NCBI RefSeq assembly: GCF_006345805.1 | Contig: NC_043000.1 | Span: forward strand, 24,676,001-24,740,000 | Origin: Octopus sinensis | Taxonomy: Eukaryota | DNA: 64,000 nucleotides | Direction of reading: 5' to 3' | In this document: positions 13,136-27,707 of the stretch, one piece after another | How the letters are laid out: every line of letters begins with the position of its first letter | Position numbering within the stretch: position 1 is the stretch's first letter | Notes under the pieces: generated by a model | Told to the model about the DNA's origin: nothing | Database searches by the model: none | The model's input: the letters and a program-made list of their open reading frames with translations, nothing else | Translations under genes and position numbers: made by a program

Positions 13136-16100
13136 GGAGATGTGTACTTGCATACACATGAAAATGCACATACACACACACACATTTGCATATACACAAG
13201 CATATATACACATGCATACACACATACATACACACACGTGCAGATGCATGTCCTCAATGACACACATGCACACATGCATATATATATATAAATACAGACA
13301 CATATTTGAAAGCACATGCACACATGCAAACACACACATATATGGAGATGTGTACTTGCATACACATATGAAAATGCACACACACACACACATTTGCATA
13401 TACACATGCATACACACATACATACACACAAATGCAGATACATGTCCTCAATGACACACATGCACACAAAAACACACACACATACACATATATATAGTGA
13501 TGCACGCACATGTGCATATATACATATAAATACAGACACACATCTACACATTTGCATATATACACACATATGCAGATACACACATATATGGAGGTGTATG
13601 CACATACATACATGTATATACATAGATGCAGAGATGCACTTTTCTATGTACACACACACACATTGTCAAACAAAAGGAAAGGGAAGAAGTTGAAAACGAG
13701 AAGAACGTAGGATTATTCCATTTAAATGTCATTATTGGCAATGTGGGTGGAGGCAGTGACGGTGGTGGTGGTGGTGGTGGTGGTGGTGGTGGTAGAGGTT
13801 GTGGTGGAGAATAAATTGACAAAAGAATGGAAAGTTGAAACCAACAAAAACAAGAACAACAACCCCAATGAAGAATTAGACACTCCTATAGAACGGATAC
13901 AGTATTGTTGTTGTGAGAGAGAGAGGGAGGAGTGAGGAGGAGGGAGAACATTGTTGCAATGTAATTAATTAATAGTTTCTATTTTTTAATGGGAAATGCT
14001 TAATGAATAAAGTCAATGATCCAGTTTGGGTTCTCATTTGTGTGTGGTTGTTGTTGTTGTTGGTGGTGGTATTTTAAGCCCAGAACAGTCTTGACAGGAA
14101 CAGATTTAAATCATCAAAGGCCTTCCAGCCATGACCAGCATGTCTTTTATTTCGACATGTTGCATTCTAGAGCTACATTATCTGGTGTGTTCCCTTATTT
14201 AAAAAAAAAATTTTTTTCAGAAAATAGGGTGCAATTTGTTTGCAGAAGGTCAGACAACTATGCAGAAGTTCATCGGCTGCTTTTTCTAGTGAATGAAGTA
14301 ACTATGCAGAAGCTCTATCTTTGGTTGTTGTTTAGCAGACTTATGACCAAAGATATTCCAACCATGACCATCCTGTCTCTTATTCAGATATCTTATAATC
14401 GAAGACTACATTATCCATTGTATACCTTTCCTTTTTACATCCCAAACAGTAAGATATGATTTCAGTGAGATTTAGCTGCTATATCTAGTATATTGGAGAA
14501 CCACATATAGGCTCCCTCATCATCATGATCATTTACCGTTCTTGTTTTTTTTCCAGGTTGGTAAGGGTTGGATGGTTTGGTAAAAGCTTATGAACCAGAG
14601 GATTGCATCAAGCTCCAATGTCTGCTTTGGCATGGCTTCTACAGCTGGATACCCTTCCTAATGCCAACCATTTTACAGAGTCTACTGAATACCTTTAGCA
14701 TAGCACCAGCACCAATTAACTCACATGACAAGACACTTCAAGGTTTAGTCCCACTATATGGCACCTTGGGCAAGTGTCTTCTCCTAAAGCCCTGTGATGA
14801 TCAAAGCCTTGTGAGTGGATTTGGTTGATGGAAACTAAAAAAGCCTGTTAATATGTGTGTGCCTTTGTGAATGTGTTTGTCCCCACACCACTGCTTGACA
14901 ACCAGTGTTGGTGTGTTTACATCGCTGTAACTTAGCAGTTTGGCAAAAGAGACTGATAAAATAAGTACCAGGATTAAAAACAAAAACGGTTAGTCCTGGG
15001 GTCGATGCATTCACCTAAAAATTCTTCAAGGTGGTACCCAATATGGCCACAGTCTAATGAATGAGATGAGTAAAAGATAAAAGACAAACGAACCCCCGAA
15101 AGGATGAAAGGTGAAGCAGATCTCAGCAGGATTTAAACCCAGAACATAGAGAACTGAAAGAAATACCACAGCATTTTATCCAAAACTCTGATGATAGTTC
15201 CAAGAATAACAGCAATTGTTCTTTTATTCTTTTACTTCTTTAAGTCATTTGATTGCAGCCATACTGGAGCACTACCTTTAGTTGAACAAATCGGTTCCAG
15301 GACTTATTTTTTGCAAACCTAGTACTTATTCTATTGGTCTCTTTTGCTGAATCACTAAGTTACAGAGACGTAAACACACCAACATCGGTTGTCAAGCAGT
15401 GGTGGGAGGACAAATACAGATACAAACATACACACACACACACTTATACGACGGGCTTCTTTCAATTTCCATCTACCAATCCACTCACAAGGCTTTGGTC
15501 AACCCGAGGACATATATATAGCTGAAGACATTTGCCCAAGGTGCCACACAGTGGGACTGAACCCAGAACCATGTGGTTGGTAAGCAAGCTACTTACCACA
15601 TAAAAATTACAAATTTTCACAGCATGGAGCTAAATCATTTAAATTTGCAGTGAAACTATTTCCAGTTATAATGTTAGTACAGTTGAAAGGAAACTGCTCT
15701 GTGAATAAGGTTAGAAGCTTTTAGTACCATAAAGTTACCCCAAGGGGCTGTGAAAGGAGATGTAGGAAGCTTTATGGATATTGCATTATCTTAATTAAAA
15801 ATTCTTTACCTTAATTATTTTTCTCCTACAAGTGAAGAATTGGAGAACTGCACTCTAAAGACAGTTTGCAGCGTTAATATCTCCATATGTATTGTGCAAT
15901 CATTTAGAAAAGTGAATTAAAAGAACGTGTGTGTGTATATGTATGAATACATACATATACATACATACATACATACATATATATATATAAAGGATGTGTT
16001 ATAACACTATTCCACATATACAAAAACAGCCATACCAACAATGCAACATACTTCCATCATCAGCTGCTCCACGGATATCATTATGGTTTATATATTATAT

Positions 16101-16816
16101 ATAGATATAGAACAGAATATAGAATATACAGAATATATATATGGAATAGTTTTATAACACATCCATTTTATATATATATATAAAATGGATGAGTTATAAA
16201 ACTATTCCACACATAGAATAACAACCATGCCAACAATCCAACATATGTCCATCATCAGCTGCCCCACGGATATCATTATGGTTTCGACACCTGGGCAGTG
16301 CCATTCAACCAGGTAGTGTCAACAGCACTAAAAGAAGTGTTGTTTGGAAACAAACATACTAAAAAAACTACAACTTTCAAACACATTTATCCTGTGTACA
16401 ACAGTATTCAATCTAAATATATGCAGGATTGAACACTGATTTTAAAATTAAACTACAAGAAACATATAAATCTATGTACATCTGTATCGGTATTAATAGT
16501 ACACCTACAATAACTAAATTATATACTAAATAGCGACCAATCTTTAAGTCCATGCAAATAATAATCTTACCGTCTTCCATAGTTACTAAAGCACATACAC
16601 TCATATATATATATATATCTATATATATATAAATACAAAATGGGACAAGAATGCAAAACATCCGGACAACTAGGTGATACAAAAGGGACAACAAAACATC
16701 CAGATAGACCATACAAAAAAAAAACAAGAACGGGTCATTCGAAGCTTTCTATCCTCAGTCAAGAACCGGATCATCCTTGCAATTTCGACGTTCTCTTAAT
16801 ATGTAAGTACACATTT

Positions 16817-16867
<51 letters not shown>

Positions 16868-18626
16868 TAACAAAACCACACACACATATATCATCATCAT
16901 CATTTAACAACCATTTTCCATGCTGGCATGGGTTGGATGGTTTGAGGGGAGTTGGGAAGGCTGGGAGCCATACCGGGCTCCAATGGCTCTTTGGTGTGAT
17001 TTCTATATCTGGATGCCCTTCCTAATGCCAACCACTTTACAGAGTGTGCTAAATGCTTTTATGTGGCAGCAGCACTTTTTATGTGACACCAAGTACATAC
17101 ATACACATATGTATGCACACACATACACATATGTGTGTGTAACTACTCCACACACACAGTTGTATACAAATGTATGTCTATGCATGTAGGCAACCATGAA
17201 GTAATGAGTGTAGATGAACAGATTTCAGTATAGCAAAAGCTTCTTATTTTTTTACTACCCACATGGGGCTACACACAGAGGGGACAAACAAGGACAGACA
17301 AATGGATTATGTTGATTATATCGACCCCAGTGCATAACTGGTACTTATTCCCAAAAGGATGAAAGGCAAAATTGACCTCGGCGGAATTTGAACTCAGAAT
17401 GTAGCGGCAGGCGAAATGTTTCTGGCATGCTAATGTTTCTGCCAGCTCGCTGCCTTCTTACCATGCAGCCACACCAGTGCCTATGCTTAAATGACAATAA
17501 TATCCTTTCTTTACTTGTTATATTTTTTAACAAACATGTCAACTCATGCCAGCATGTAAAATGGACATTAGATAATGACGATGGTGGTGATGATATAGAA
17601 TGTTGGAAACTACTCAAACCTTTTAAATATAAATGGTTTTGTAGCAAGTCATATTAGCACTACATTGTGATGGTAGCTTAATTTAGTCGTTTTGTGTAAA
17701 CTAACCTTCTGGCCACGGAAGGATACATGCGGCCCGGGCAGAAAAGTGTGAGCTTTAAAAAGAAAGGCCAGTAGTTGAATAGACTGGACATCATAAGCAG
17801 GTTAGATGAGCTTTGGTCTGGCAGCACCTTGATCAGAAATTAGCACTCATCAATGGAAGGACTTCTACATTAATACACTGATTTTTTTTTTCAAATCATG
17901 GGAATACACTAAGGGATGAGCATTTGTTTACTGCTCCCAATTGAGGGGAAGGCTAATATCCACGATACACAGACTGAACAATTACTAATGAATGAACACT
18001 TGATTCCTTCCTGATTATTGGGAAGGCTTACCTGCAAAGCTCCGGTAATATCTTGATTGCACCAGAATAAATTCTCAGGTTTGTTAACCAAAATGGAACA
18101 CTGTCTCCTGATATTTTGTTGTGCTTTTTAAGCAAACATATATTTAAATGTTACTAGCCTTCTGACAAGCACTCATTCAAATAGGTACCCCACATTAACC
18201 AACATATCCTTTGCCACAGTTTCAAAATCTGGGCACAATGCCACTAATTATGAGGGGAGGCAATTAATCAATACCATCTGACTGGTACTTAATTTTATCA
18301 ACCCTGGAAGATTAAAAAATGAAGTTGATTTTGACAGGATTTGAACTCAGAATGTAAACAGTTGGAACAATCCCCAAAGCTTTTTTTTCCTCTAACATTT
18401 TAATGATTTTGCCAACTTTTTAATATGATTTTGCCATCATTTTTTGATAATATAAATAATACTTAGTATTGTCACTGTTCTACATTCACGTTTCCATAAT
18501 CTTAGTTAAAATAAAAATTATAAATATGCCTTATAAATACAAGCACAAAACAGAGTCACTTTATAGTTGTTTGATCTGCGAGAAAAAGCAGTCAAATATC
18601 CATTGAATTATGCACTACCATCTTAA

Positions 18627-18820
18627 CTCTTTTGTTAGCATATTTCTGTTGAAATACATAACTTATGTTTTAAATAATTTTGAAGATAACAAAGGATTTA
18701 TTCATATTTCATATAACATATTTCAATGAATTTTTCATGAATGGTTTTCACTTAGATCACTTTAAAACAGTTTATATCACAGAAACAGGGGCCATCTCAA
18801 GCACACTTGTAGTGAAAGGG
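18627..18820. mobile_element. Degenerate piggyBac-like MITE in opposite orientation
   Basis: ttaa|ctcttttgttagcatatttctgttg...gaaaggg|tcaa resembles the reverse complement of the family. Confidence 0.5.
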
Positions 18821-20281
18821 TCAAACAAGGAAAGAGCACATCACAAAATGTAGTCTCAGATATCTTTAAAAGACATCACAGATGGGATGTCTTCAATCAG
18901 AGATCTATTTCAGTGGTCCTAAACCAGAGTCCATTTCAAATTTCTGAGGATCCGTGCTAGCAAAATAGTAAATTGGAGATCCACAGTAGTATATTAAGGG
19001 ACCATGATAAGGGTCCATTATAAAGTTTCACTTTAGATGTATTTATTGCAAGAAACACCGAGGTTTCTTGCTCTGACATTTTACATAGTTAAACCTACAC
19101 AAGTTCATCATCAACATCATTTAATGTCCGCTTTCCATGCTAGCATGGATTGGACGATTTTGACTGAGGGCTGGCGAACCAGATGGCTGCACCAGGCTCC
19201 AATCTTGATTTGGCAGAGTTTCTACAGCTGGATGCCCTTCTTAATGCTAACCACTCCGAGAGTGTAGTGGATGCTTTTTACATGCCAGTCAGGCAGTACT
19301 GGCAATGACCTCGCTCGAATCTTTTTACACATGCCACCAGCACAGGTGCCAGTAAGGCGACGTTGGTAACGATCAAGCTCAAATGGTGCTCTTTTACATG
19401 CCATCGGCATGGAAGCCGGTTGGCTGCTCTGGCAACGATCATGCTCAGATGGTGCTCTTGGCACCCTACTAGCACAGACACAAGTGCCAGTAAGGGCGAT
19501 GCTGGTAACGATCACACTCGAATGATGTGTGAAAAACGAAATTGGAATTTCCAAAGAAGTATATCAAAAATTTGTTTTTACACATTAAAATGGCTATGGT
19601 CGACCAGAATAAAATAGTAATCAAAGGGGTCCATAGATAAAAAAAATGGTTGTGAAGCATTATGTTTGGCCTGAGCTAAACTGAAGCTGAACAGCAACAA
19701 AAGCAACCACCACAATAACAGCAAAACCCACAGTGGCAGAACATAACTGAAATGTAACAGACAGAATCTGAGATAAGCATCATATTTTGTCAAAGAATTT
19801 TTCATCAGAAGAACACATCTAAAACCCTCTAATGCTGCAGTATAGCACTAGGGGAAAACTTAATTAATAATGGATATACAATCGATCAAATATAAATACA
19901 TCCAACAACAGTAAATACAAAAAAGAAAAAAAATGTATAAATAACAGAAATAAATTCAGATAACAGACACAGAGTCTACAAGAAAAAAATCAAATGATCA
20001 TCCATTATAAAAGATTTAAGAAGGATGACTAACAACAAGAACAACAGTAATTGTTTCTAATTTAGGCACAAAGCCAATGAATTCTGAGGGGAAGTGTTAA
20101 GTCAATGACATCAGTTCTCTCTACCAGATCGATACTTTATTTTGTCAACCCTGAAAGGATGAAATGCAAAGTTGATTTTGAACTCAGAGCATTAAGAACT
20201 ACCACAAAAAATTTTTTCCTAATACCCTGGTGATTCTGCCAATCTGATACCCTTATATCATCATCCTCATAATAATAATAA

Positions 20282-20570
20282 GGAAACCCCAAAATGGCAG
20301 AAATTCAAAAGATAGTGCTCATGGGAACTGCTCATATCCTACGCAAAATACTCTCTATGTAATCTCAAGGTTTAAAACAAACATAATTTTCGGTTTTTTT
20401 TTTTAGACATTCACTAGTACAACACCAAAAAAACCCCAAATATATGGCACACTAGGCATAATAACAACGTGAACTTCCAACCTGTTGTCTCTTGAGGTCT
20501 CTGGGTGAGACTTGGAGCCAACTTGTACAAATATAAAGCAAAAGTCAAACAGAATAATAATAATAATAAA
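20282..20570 (+). mobile_element. 3' end of an R4/Dong-like non-LTR retrotransposon
   Basis: 20282-20362 encodes GNPKMAEIQKIVLMGTAHILRKILSM*, resembling the recalled QKxxLxGTAxILRxxL C-terminus of RLE-type LINEs. Followed by a 3' UTR and (AAT)n. Confidence 0.65.
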
Positions 20571-21122
20571 TGCCCTGATGCTGTACCAGGCTTTGGCTCT
20601 CGTGGCTTCCGACCTTAACTGATTGGAAGTGTTATCATATACATTGTTTTGTCTTGGTATAAAAGATGGGCTACAGCAAATATTCTGCTCAATACCACAG
20701 ATTTGCTTGTCAGTTGTTTGACCATAACCAGTTGACCTTAGTGGCTGACGATATGTGCATCTCTGATTACGAGCAGAAGTAGTAGGGGAGCATCATAGCC
20801 ATGTGTTGAGAGGGATTCTTTGGGAGTTTGAATAATTCACCTTTGGAAACATGGGTGGTTCGTTCAACAGCCTTAAACAACCCGTATTCAGGAACCTTTT
20901 GAGCAGGATGGGTTACTCGACCAGAAGAAAATTCTAACTGGGCCCCACCTGCAAGGTCATGTGCTGTTTATCTTGATATGAGATTACCATGTCGTGCACA
21001 TATGGTTGTGATGCATGTGCCTAGTGTACCCTTATCAGACAGGTAGTCATGATGGGTATACTGGGCTTTGTATATTTTTTACATCAGTGTCAGTTTGATG
21101 GCATGCACTGCACTCTCACTCA
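20571..21122. mobile_element. Unclassified ~550-bp element bounded by (AAT)n
   Basis: Complex, relatively GC-richer block with aataataat on both sides and no ORF. Single copy in this window. Confidence 0.4.
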
Positions 21123-21199
21123 ATAATAATAATATTATGAATGAAGTGTCACTAAGCATTTGTACTGGCATGCTAGCAATTCTGCTAGCTCGCCACCTC

Positions 21200-21236
<37 letters not shown>

Positions 21237-21239
21237 ATC

Positions 21240-21271
<32 letters not shown>

Positions 21272-21477
21272 CCATTCTACTAAAAGCACAAGGCCTGAAA
21301 TTCTGTGGAGAGAGGAATAGTCAGCTACATCAACACTAGTGCTCAACTGGTACTTATTTCATCAACCCCAAAAGGATGAAAGGCAAAGTCGACCTTGGAA
21401 GAATTCAAACTCAGAATATCGAGATGGACGAAAAGCTACTGAGCATTTTGCTTGGTATTCTAACAATTCTGCCAGCC

Positions 21478-21511
<34 letters not shown>

Positions 21512-21521
21512 TAATAATACT

Positions 21522-21783
21522 CAGGGCTGTGAGGTCGGAGTCGGAAACAATTAAGGGGTAGCTGGAGTCAGTAAAACTATACCGACTGATTCCGACTCAC
21601 AATATTTCTATTCTTTAATATAATAAACCAGTTATAACATATAAGCCTACTCAAAGTACAAGAATATGCTTTATGAGAGATGTAGACCACAATTACTTAA
21701 TTACATAAAGGGGAGTCGGAGGTGCCAATAGTAGAGGAGTCGAAGCTGGAGTTGAATTTTTTTGTTTCGACTCCACAGCCCTG
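21522..21783. mobile_element. hAT-like MITE
   Basis: TIR CAGGGCTGTG/CACAGCCCTG, GGAGTCG subterminal repeats, and 8-bp flanks ataatact/ataataat (7 of 8 match). Confidence 0.7.
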
Positions 21784-23010
21784 ATAATAATAGTTTCTGA
21801 AGCCAGCAATTTTGAAGGCCGGGACTCACTTGATTACATCAGCATCGGTACTTAACTGGTACTTAATTTTCTAGACCCAGGAAAAAGATCAAAGTTAAAA
21901 TTGACAGCAGCATGATTTGAACTCAGAATGTAGATTGAAAACAATAGTAAATAACTTATCGATTGATCTGAACAGGAGGAGGAGGAGGGGGTGGTGGAAG
22001 AGGAGGAGGAGGTAGCAGCAACATCAACATGAATATAACAACATATCAATCCATCCAGAAAGACAAATTAGATTTGTATATTGTAAAATTCTCAAAACTA
22101 GAACATCTTCCTTCAAATAACAACAATAATGGCGATGATGATGATGGTGGTGGTGGTGGTAATGGTATCAAAAACAGCACTCAGACAATACAGTAAGCAA
22201 CACCATAGTTTGTAACACAGCCAGCACTAAAATACAAGAAAGCAACAACAAGCGTACTGAGCTTCAGTTACTACCAAGAAAACCCAGGCATAAACAACCA
22301 ACAGAGTTTATGAATTTATTTGCCTCAATCATAGTTGCCAACATCACAGATCAGTGAAACAGATTATTAGTAGTATACTATATGAAAGCAGCCCACCCCC
22401 ACCTAACCTGTACACCCTACTCTGTACAGTGGTTGGTATTAGAAAGGGCGTCCAGCTTTAGAAACCATGCCAAACCAGGCATTGGAGTCTGTCACAATTC
22501 TCTGGCTTGCCAACTCTTGTTGAACCATTCAACCCAAATTAGTATGAAAAACAGATATTAAGTAATTATTATTATTATATGTTCTGAGTTCAATACCAAA
22601 TTCATGAGAAATAAGTTATTTTGCTAAATTCTTCATTATTTTTCACATCAATTAAAAAGACTATTCCAATAGAAATATGGAAACTAGAGAGCTAAAATTC
22701 AAACATGCTGTGTAGTTAGGATGATCTCTTCACAACTAGTGTGTATATGTATATATATATCAATTCTGTCTGGGAGATATCTTATGGTAGTAGAATAGTA
22801 TTTAACTGCTATTTCTAAATTTTGATATGTGGTGAAGCAATTTTGCTAAACCCTAATTATAGTTATGTTTATAATTATAATAATTTTTCTACAAATTTAT
22901 TGATATTGGTTCTTTTAACATACCAAACTACTTGGCAAGATTATTAATTATAAATTGATTAATTAATTTTACCCTTTATTATTATCATTATATATATATA
23001 TATATATATA

Positions 23011-24925
23011 GCTTGAGGAGACCTGTTGAGTCAAGTATAACCAATATCGTAGCTGTGGCCAATACCACCTGACTGCCTCCCATGATGGTGGCACATGAAA
23101 AGCACCATCTGAATGTGATCAATGCCAGTACCCCCTGACTGGCTCCTGCGCCGGTGGCACATGAAAAGCACCCACTACACTCTTGGAGTAGTTGGCATTA
23201 GGAAGGGCATCCAGCTGTAGAAACCCTGCTAGATCAGATTGGAGCTTGGTGCAGCCTTCTGGCTCTCCAGATCTGTCAAACTGTCCAACCCATGCCAGCA
23301 TGGAAGACGGATGTTAAACGATGATGATGATGTAATTGCAACAAGATATTCTAAATGCCAATAGCTGATGGGGTCTAACTGTAAAATAGGTGAAGCAAAA
23401 TTGACAAGTAAGTAAAAATACGAGGCTGTGTTTTTTTGTACACTTTAAATAGTACAGTATAGATTTGAAAAAAATCTTGAATATAAACTATGAAAAATGC
23501 AATATAATTATGTTTCCAATAGTAAATACTTCAAAGGAACAATGCCAAAGCATGTGTGTACATACACACAAACACATATTTATATATGCATATATATATA
23601 GACACACATATATTCATAAATACATATATATATATATATTATATATATATATATAGCTTGAGGAGACCTGTTGAGTCAAGTATAACCAATATCGTAGCTG
23701 TGGCCAATACCACCTGACTGCCTCCCATGATGGTGGCACATGAAAAGCACCATCTGAATGTGATCAATGCCAGTACCCCCTGACTGGCTCCTGCGCCGGT
23801 GGCACATGAAAAGCACCCACTACACTCTTGGAGTAGTTGGCATTAGGAAGGGCATCCAGCTGTAGAAACCCTGCTAGATCAGATTGGAGCTTGGTGCAGC
23901 CTTCTGGCTCTCCAGATCTGTCAAACTGTCCAACCCATGCCAGCATGGAAGACGGATGTTAAACGATGATGATGATGTAATTGCAACAAGATATTCTAAA
24001 TGCCAATAGCTGATGGGGTCTAACTGTAAAATAGGTGAAGCAAAATTGACAAGTAAGTAAAAATACGAGGCTGTGTTTTTTTGTACACTTTAAATAGTAC
24101 AGTATAGATTTGAAAAAAATCTTGAATATAAACTATGAAAAATGCAATATAATTATGTTTCCAATAGTAAATACTTCAAAGGAACAATGCCAAAGCATGT
24201 GTGTACATACACACAAACACATATTTATATATGCATATATATATAGACACACATATATTCATAAATACATATATATATATATATTATATATATATAGCTT
24301 GAGGAGACCTGTTGAGTCAAGTATAACCAATATCGTAGCTGTGGCCAATACCACCTGACTGCCTCCCATGATGGTGGCACATGAAAAGCACCATCTGAAT
24401 GTGATCAATGCCAGTACCCCCTGACTGGCTCCTGCGCCGGTGGCACATGAAAAGCACCCACTACACTCTTGGAGTAGTTGGCATTAGGAAGGGCATCCAG
24501 CTGTAGAAACCCTGCTAGATCAGATTGGAGCTTGGTGCAGCCTTCTGGCTCTCCAGATCTGTCAAACTGTCCAACCCATGCCAGCATGGAAGACGGATGT
24601 TAAACGATGATGATGATGTAATTGCAACAAGATATTCTAAATGCCAATAGCTGATGGGGTCTAACTGTAAAATAGGTGAAGCAAAATTGACAAGTAAGTA
24701 AAAATACGAGGCTGTGTTTTTTTGTACACTTTAAATAGTACAGTATAGATTTGAAAAAAATCTTGAATATAAACTATGAAAAATGCAATATAATTATGTT
24801 TCCAATAGTAAATACTTCAAAGGAACAATGCCAAAGCATGTGTGTACATACACACAAACACATATTTATATATGCATATATATATAGACACACATATATT
24901 CATAAATACATATATATATATATAT
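23011..24925. repeat. Tandem triplication, period 645/641 bp
   Basis: gcttgaggagacctg at 23011, 23656 and 24297. By eye the units differ only in (TA)n length. Confidence 0.95.
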
Positions 24926-25017
24926 ATAATTACATATATATTTACACACAGACACACACACACATATATGTATTACTCCACTGCTCTATCTCCTGGTCTC
25001 TATTTGCATGTGTGTGC

Positions 25018-25069
<52 letters not shown>

Positions 25070-26730
25070 TATATATATTATATATATATATATTATATAT
25101 ATGTATGTATGTGTCTGTTTACAAATAAAATATTTTATTTAGAAAATTTCAAAGAGTAACTTCACTCACAGCCATTTCCTCTAACATTACTGATAGCTCC
25201 AGCCCTGCCCACCACCACCAACCGCCAATCACTGAGCCATAACACTAACTGCTTGGCTTTATTTACAGAAAACACTTTCAATCAACTTCACTTTGCTTAA
25301 TTCCTCCCTTTTAAACCACACACACACACACACACACACAGCAAATTGGCAGAATGGTTACAGTATCAGAAAGAATACCTTGTGGTATTTGTTCCAAATC
25401 TGTGCACCTTCAGTTCAAATTGCACTGAAGTCAACTTTGTGTTTCATCCATTTAGGGATTTTAAAAAATGGCAATAGATTGGTGGAACTGTAAATACATT
25501 GCACTAGGTGCCTTGTGGTATTTGTTCCAGTTCTTTGCATTCTGAGTTCAAATCCTACCGTAACCTACTTGGGTGGTAGACTTAATATTTATTCCATCAC
25601 TTGGTTTAACACCATGACCTGGTACCCTGGGTGCCTTTAGTGGAGTTCTTTCTGTCATAAGCATTTGGATCAGGCCTTTGGTTCAGGGATACATTCTTCC
25701 CTTCATTAATACCAGCCATAAAGGCCCTGTAATGTGTCATGATGTGCAATGTCTGCCTTCCCGACTGGTGAGAGGGGGAAAAAACCTCTATCACACACAC
25801 ATGTATATATCATCATCGTCATCGTTTAACGTCTGTTTTCCATGCTAGCATGGGTTGGACGGTTTGACTGGGGTCTGGGAAGCCAGGAGGCTGCACCGAG
25901 CTCCTGTCTGATCTGGCAGTGTTTCTACAGCTGGATGCCCTTTCTAACGCCAACCACCCAATGAGTGTAGTGGGTGCTTTTTACATGCCACTGGTACAGG
26001 GGCCAGAGGAGGCTGGCAACAGCCACGATCGGTTGGTGTTTTTTTACGTGCCATCGGCTCTAAAGGGCTGGTTCCTGGTTTCATTGGTGCAGGAGTGGCT
26101 GTGTGGTAAGTAGCTTGCTTACCAACCACATGGTTTCGGGTTCAGTCCCATTCTGGCACCTTGGTCAAGTGTTTTTTACTATAGCCTCGGGCTGACCAAA
26201 GCCTAGTGAGTGGATTTGGTAAACGGAAACTGAAAGAAGCCTGTCGTATATATGTTTATATATGTATGTGTGTGTGTGTCTGTGTTTGTCCCCCAAATTG
26301 ATGCTGGTGTGTTTATGTCCCCGTAACTTAGCAGTTTGGCAAAAGAGACCTATAGAATAAGTACTAGGCTTACAAAGAATAAGTCTTGGGGTCGATTTGC
26401 TGGCAGAAAATTTAGCATGCTGGGCAAAATGCTTAGTGGTATTTCGTCTGTCTTTACATTCTGAGTTCAAATTCCGCAAAGGCGACTTTACCTTTCATCC
26501 TTTTGGGGTCAATGAAATAAATACCAGTTACGCACTGGGGTCGATGTAATCCACTAGTCCCCTCCCCACAAATTTCGGGCCTTGTGCTTCCAGTAGAGAG
26601 GATTATTAAGGTGGTAAGCAAGCAGAATCATTAGCATGCCAGACTAAATGCTTAGTGGTATTTCATTTGTACTTAGGTTCTGAGTTTAAATTTTAATGGG
26701 GTCGACTTTACCTTTCATCCTTTGGCAGAT

Positions 26731-26912
26731 AGACAATTCGTCAACAGACAGTTGACCAATACACACTTGGCTGACAGACAATACAACTGGCCGATTGGAC
26801 AATTTGCTGAAAGGACAGTATGTCCTCATTCCATTTTGATGAACTCCAAGAGCGATACTTCCACATGTCAACTTATTGTCCAGTTGGCGCATTGTCTGTT
26901 GACGAATTGTCT
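26731..26912. mobile_element. MITE with perfect 20-bp inverted repeats, inserted into a SINE
   Basis: AGACAATTCGTCAACAGACA (26731-26750) and TGTCTGTTGACGAATTGTCT (26893-26912). It splits a family-B SINE, and catcctt is repeated on both sides. Confidence 0.65.
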
Positions 26913-27669
26913 GCACATGCATCCTTATAGGCTCGATAAAATAAGTACCAGTTGAGTACTGGAGTTGATGTAACCAACTTAGCCCCTCCCCAGGAGCTGC
27001 TGGCCTTGTGCTGACACTTGAAACCACTATTGAAACCACTATTAAACTGGTGTGTAGAACAAAATTTTAGAAAATTAATTTTTTCATCACAGAACCTCCA
27101 GTCTTAGATAAGCTGGTATCAAAAGGGTTAAAGAGAGAGTGGCTCATATCTTGACACTGGCACTTGGAGGTTTCTGTCAGCCAATGTAGCTATTAAAAGG
27201 TTTTCTGTCACTAACCTGACTCTATTTCCATTAGAAACATGAAACTTAGGGAAACCAAAGCTTAAAGTAAATTAAGTAAATTAATGTGAGTGTATATACT
27301 CTTTTACTTGTTTCAGTCCTTTGACTGCGGCCATGCTGGAGCACCGCCTTTAGTCGAGCAAATCGACTCTGGGACTTATTCTTTTTAAGCCCAGTACTTA
27401 TTCTATTGGTCTCTTTTGCCGAACCGCTAAGTGACGGGGCCGTAAACACAATGCTAGGGGGACAAACACAGACACACAAACACACACATACATATATATA
27501 CATATATACGACAGGCTTCTTTCAGTTTCCATCTACCAAATCCACTCACAAGGTATTGGTCGGCCCGGGGCTATAGCAGAAGACACTTGCCCAAGATGCC
27601 ATGCAGTGCGACTGAACCCGGAACCATGTGGTTGGTTAGCAAGCTACTTACCACACAGCCACTCCTGCG

Positions 27670-27707
<38 letters not shown>

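Noticed and set aside
13544-13935. Poly-Pro, poly-Gly and poly-Val ORFs
   Set aside because: (GGT)n repeat, non-ATG start, and no credible splice sites.
16733-16767. CTGAGGA...GAAAGCTT hammerhead-like motif on the minus strand
   Set aside because: The core heptamer is canonical, but stem II and the cleavage nucleotide cannot both be accommodated. At best a decayed copy.
23011-24925. CRISPR-like or prokaryotic system in the repeated arrays
   Set aside because: The context is eukaryotic intron, the units are long and lack unique spacers, and there are no cas-like ORFs.
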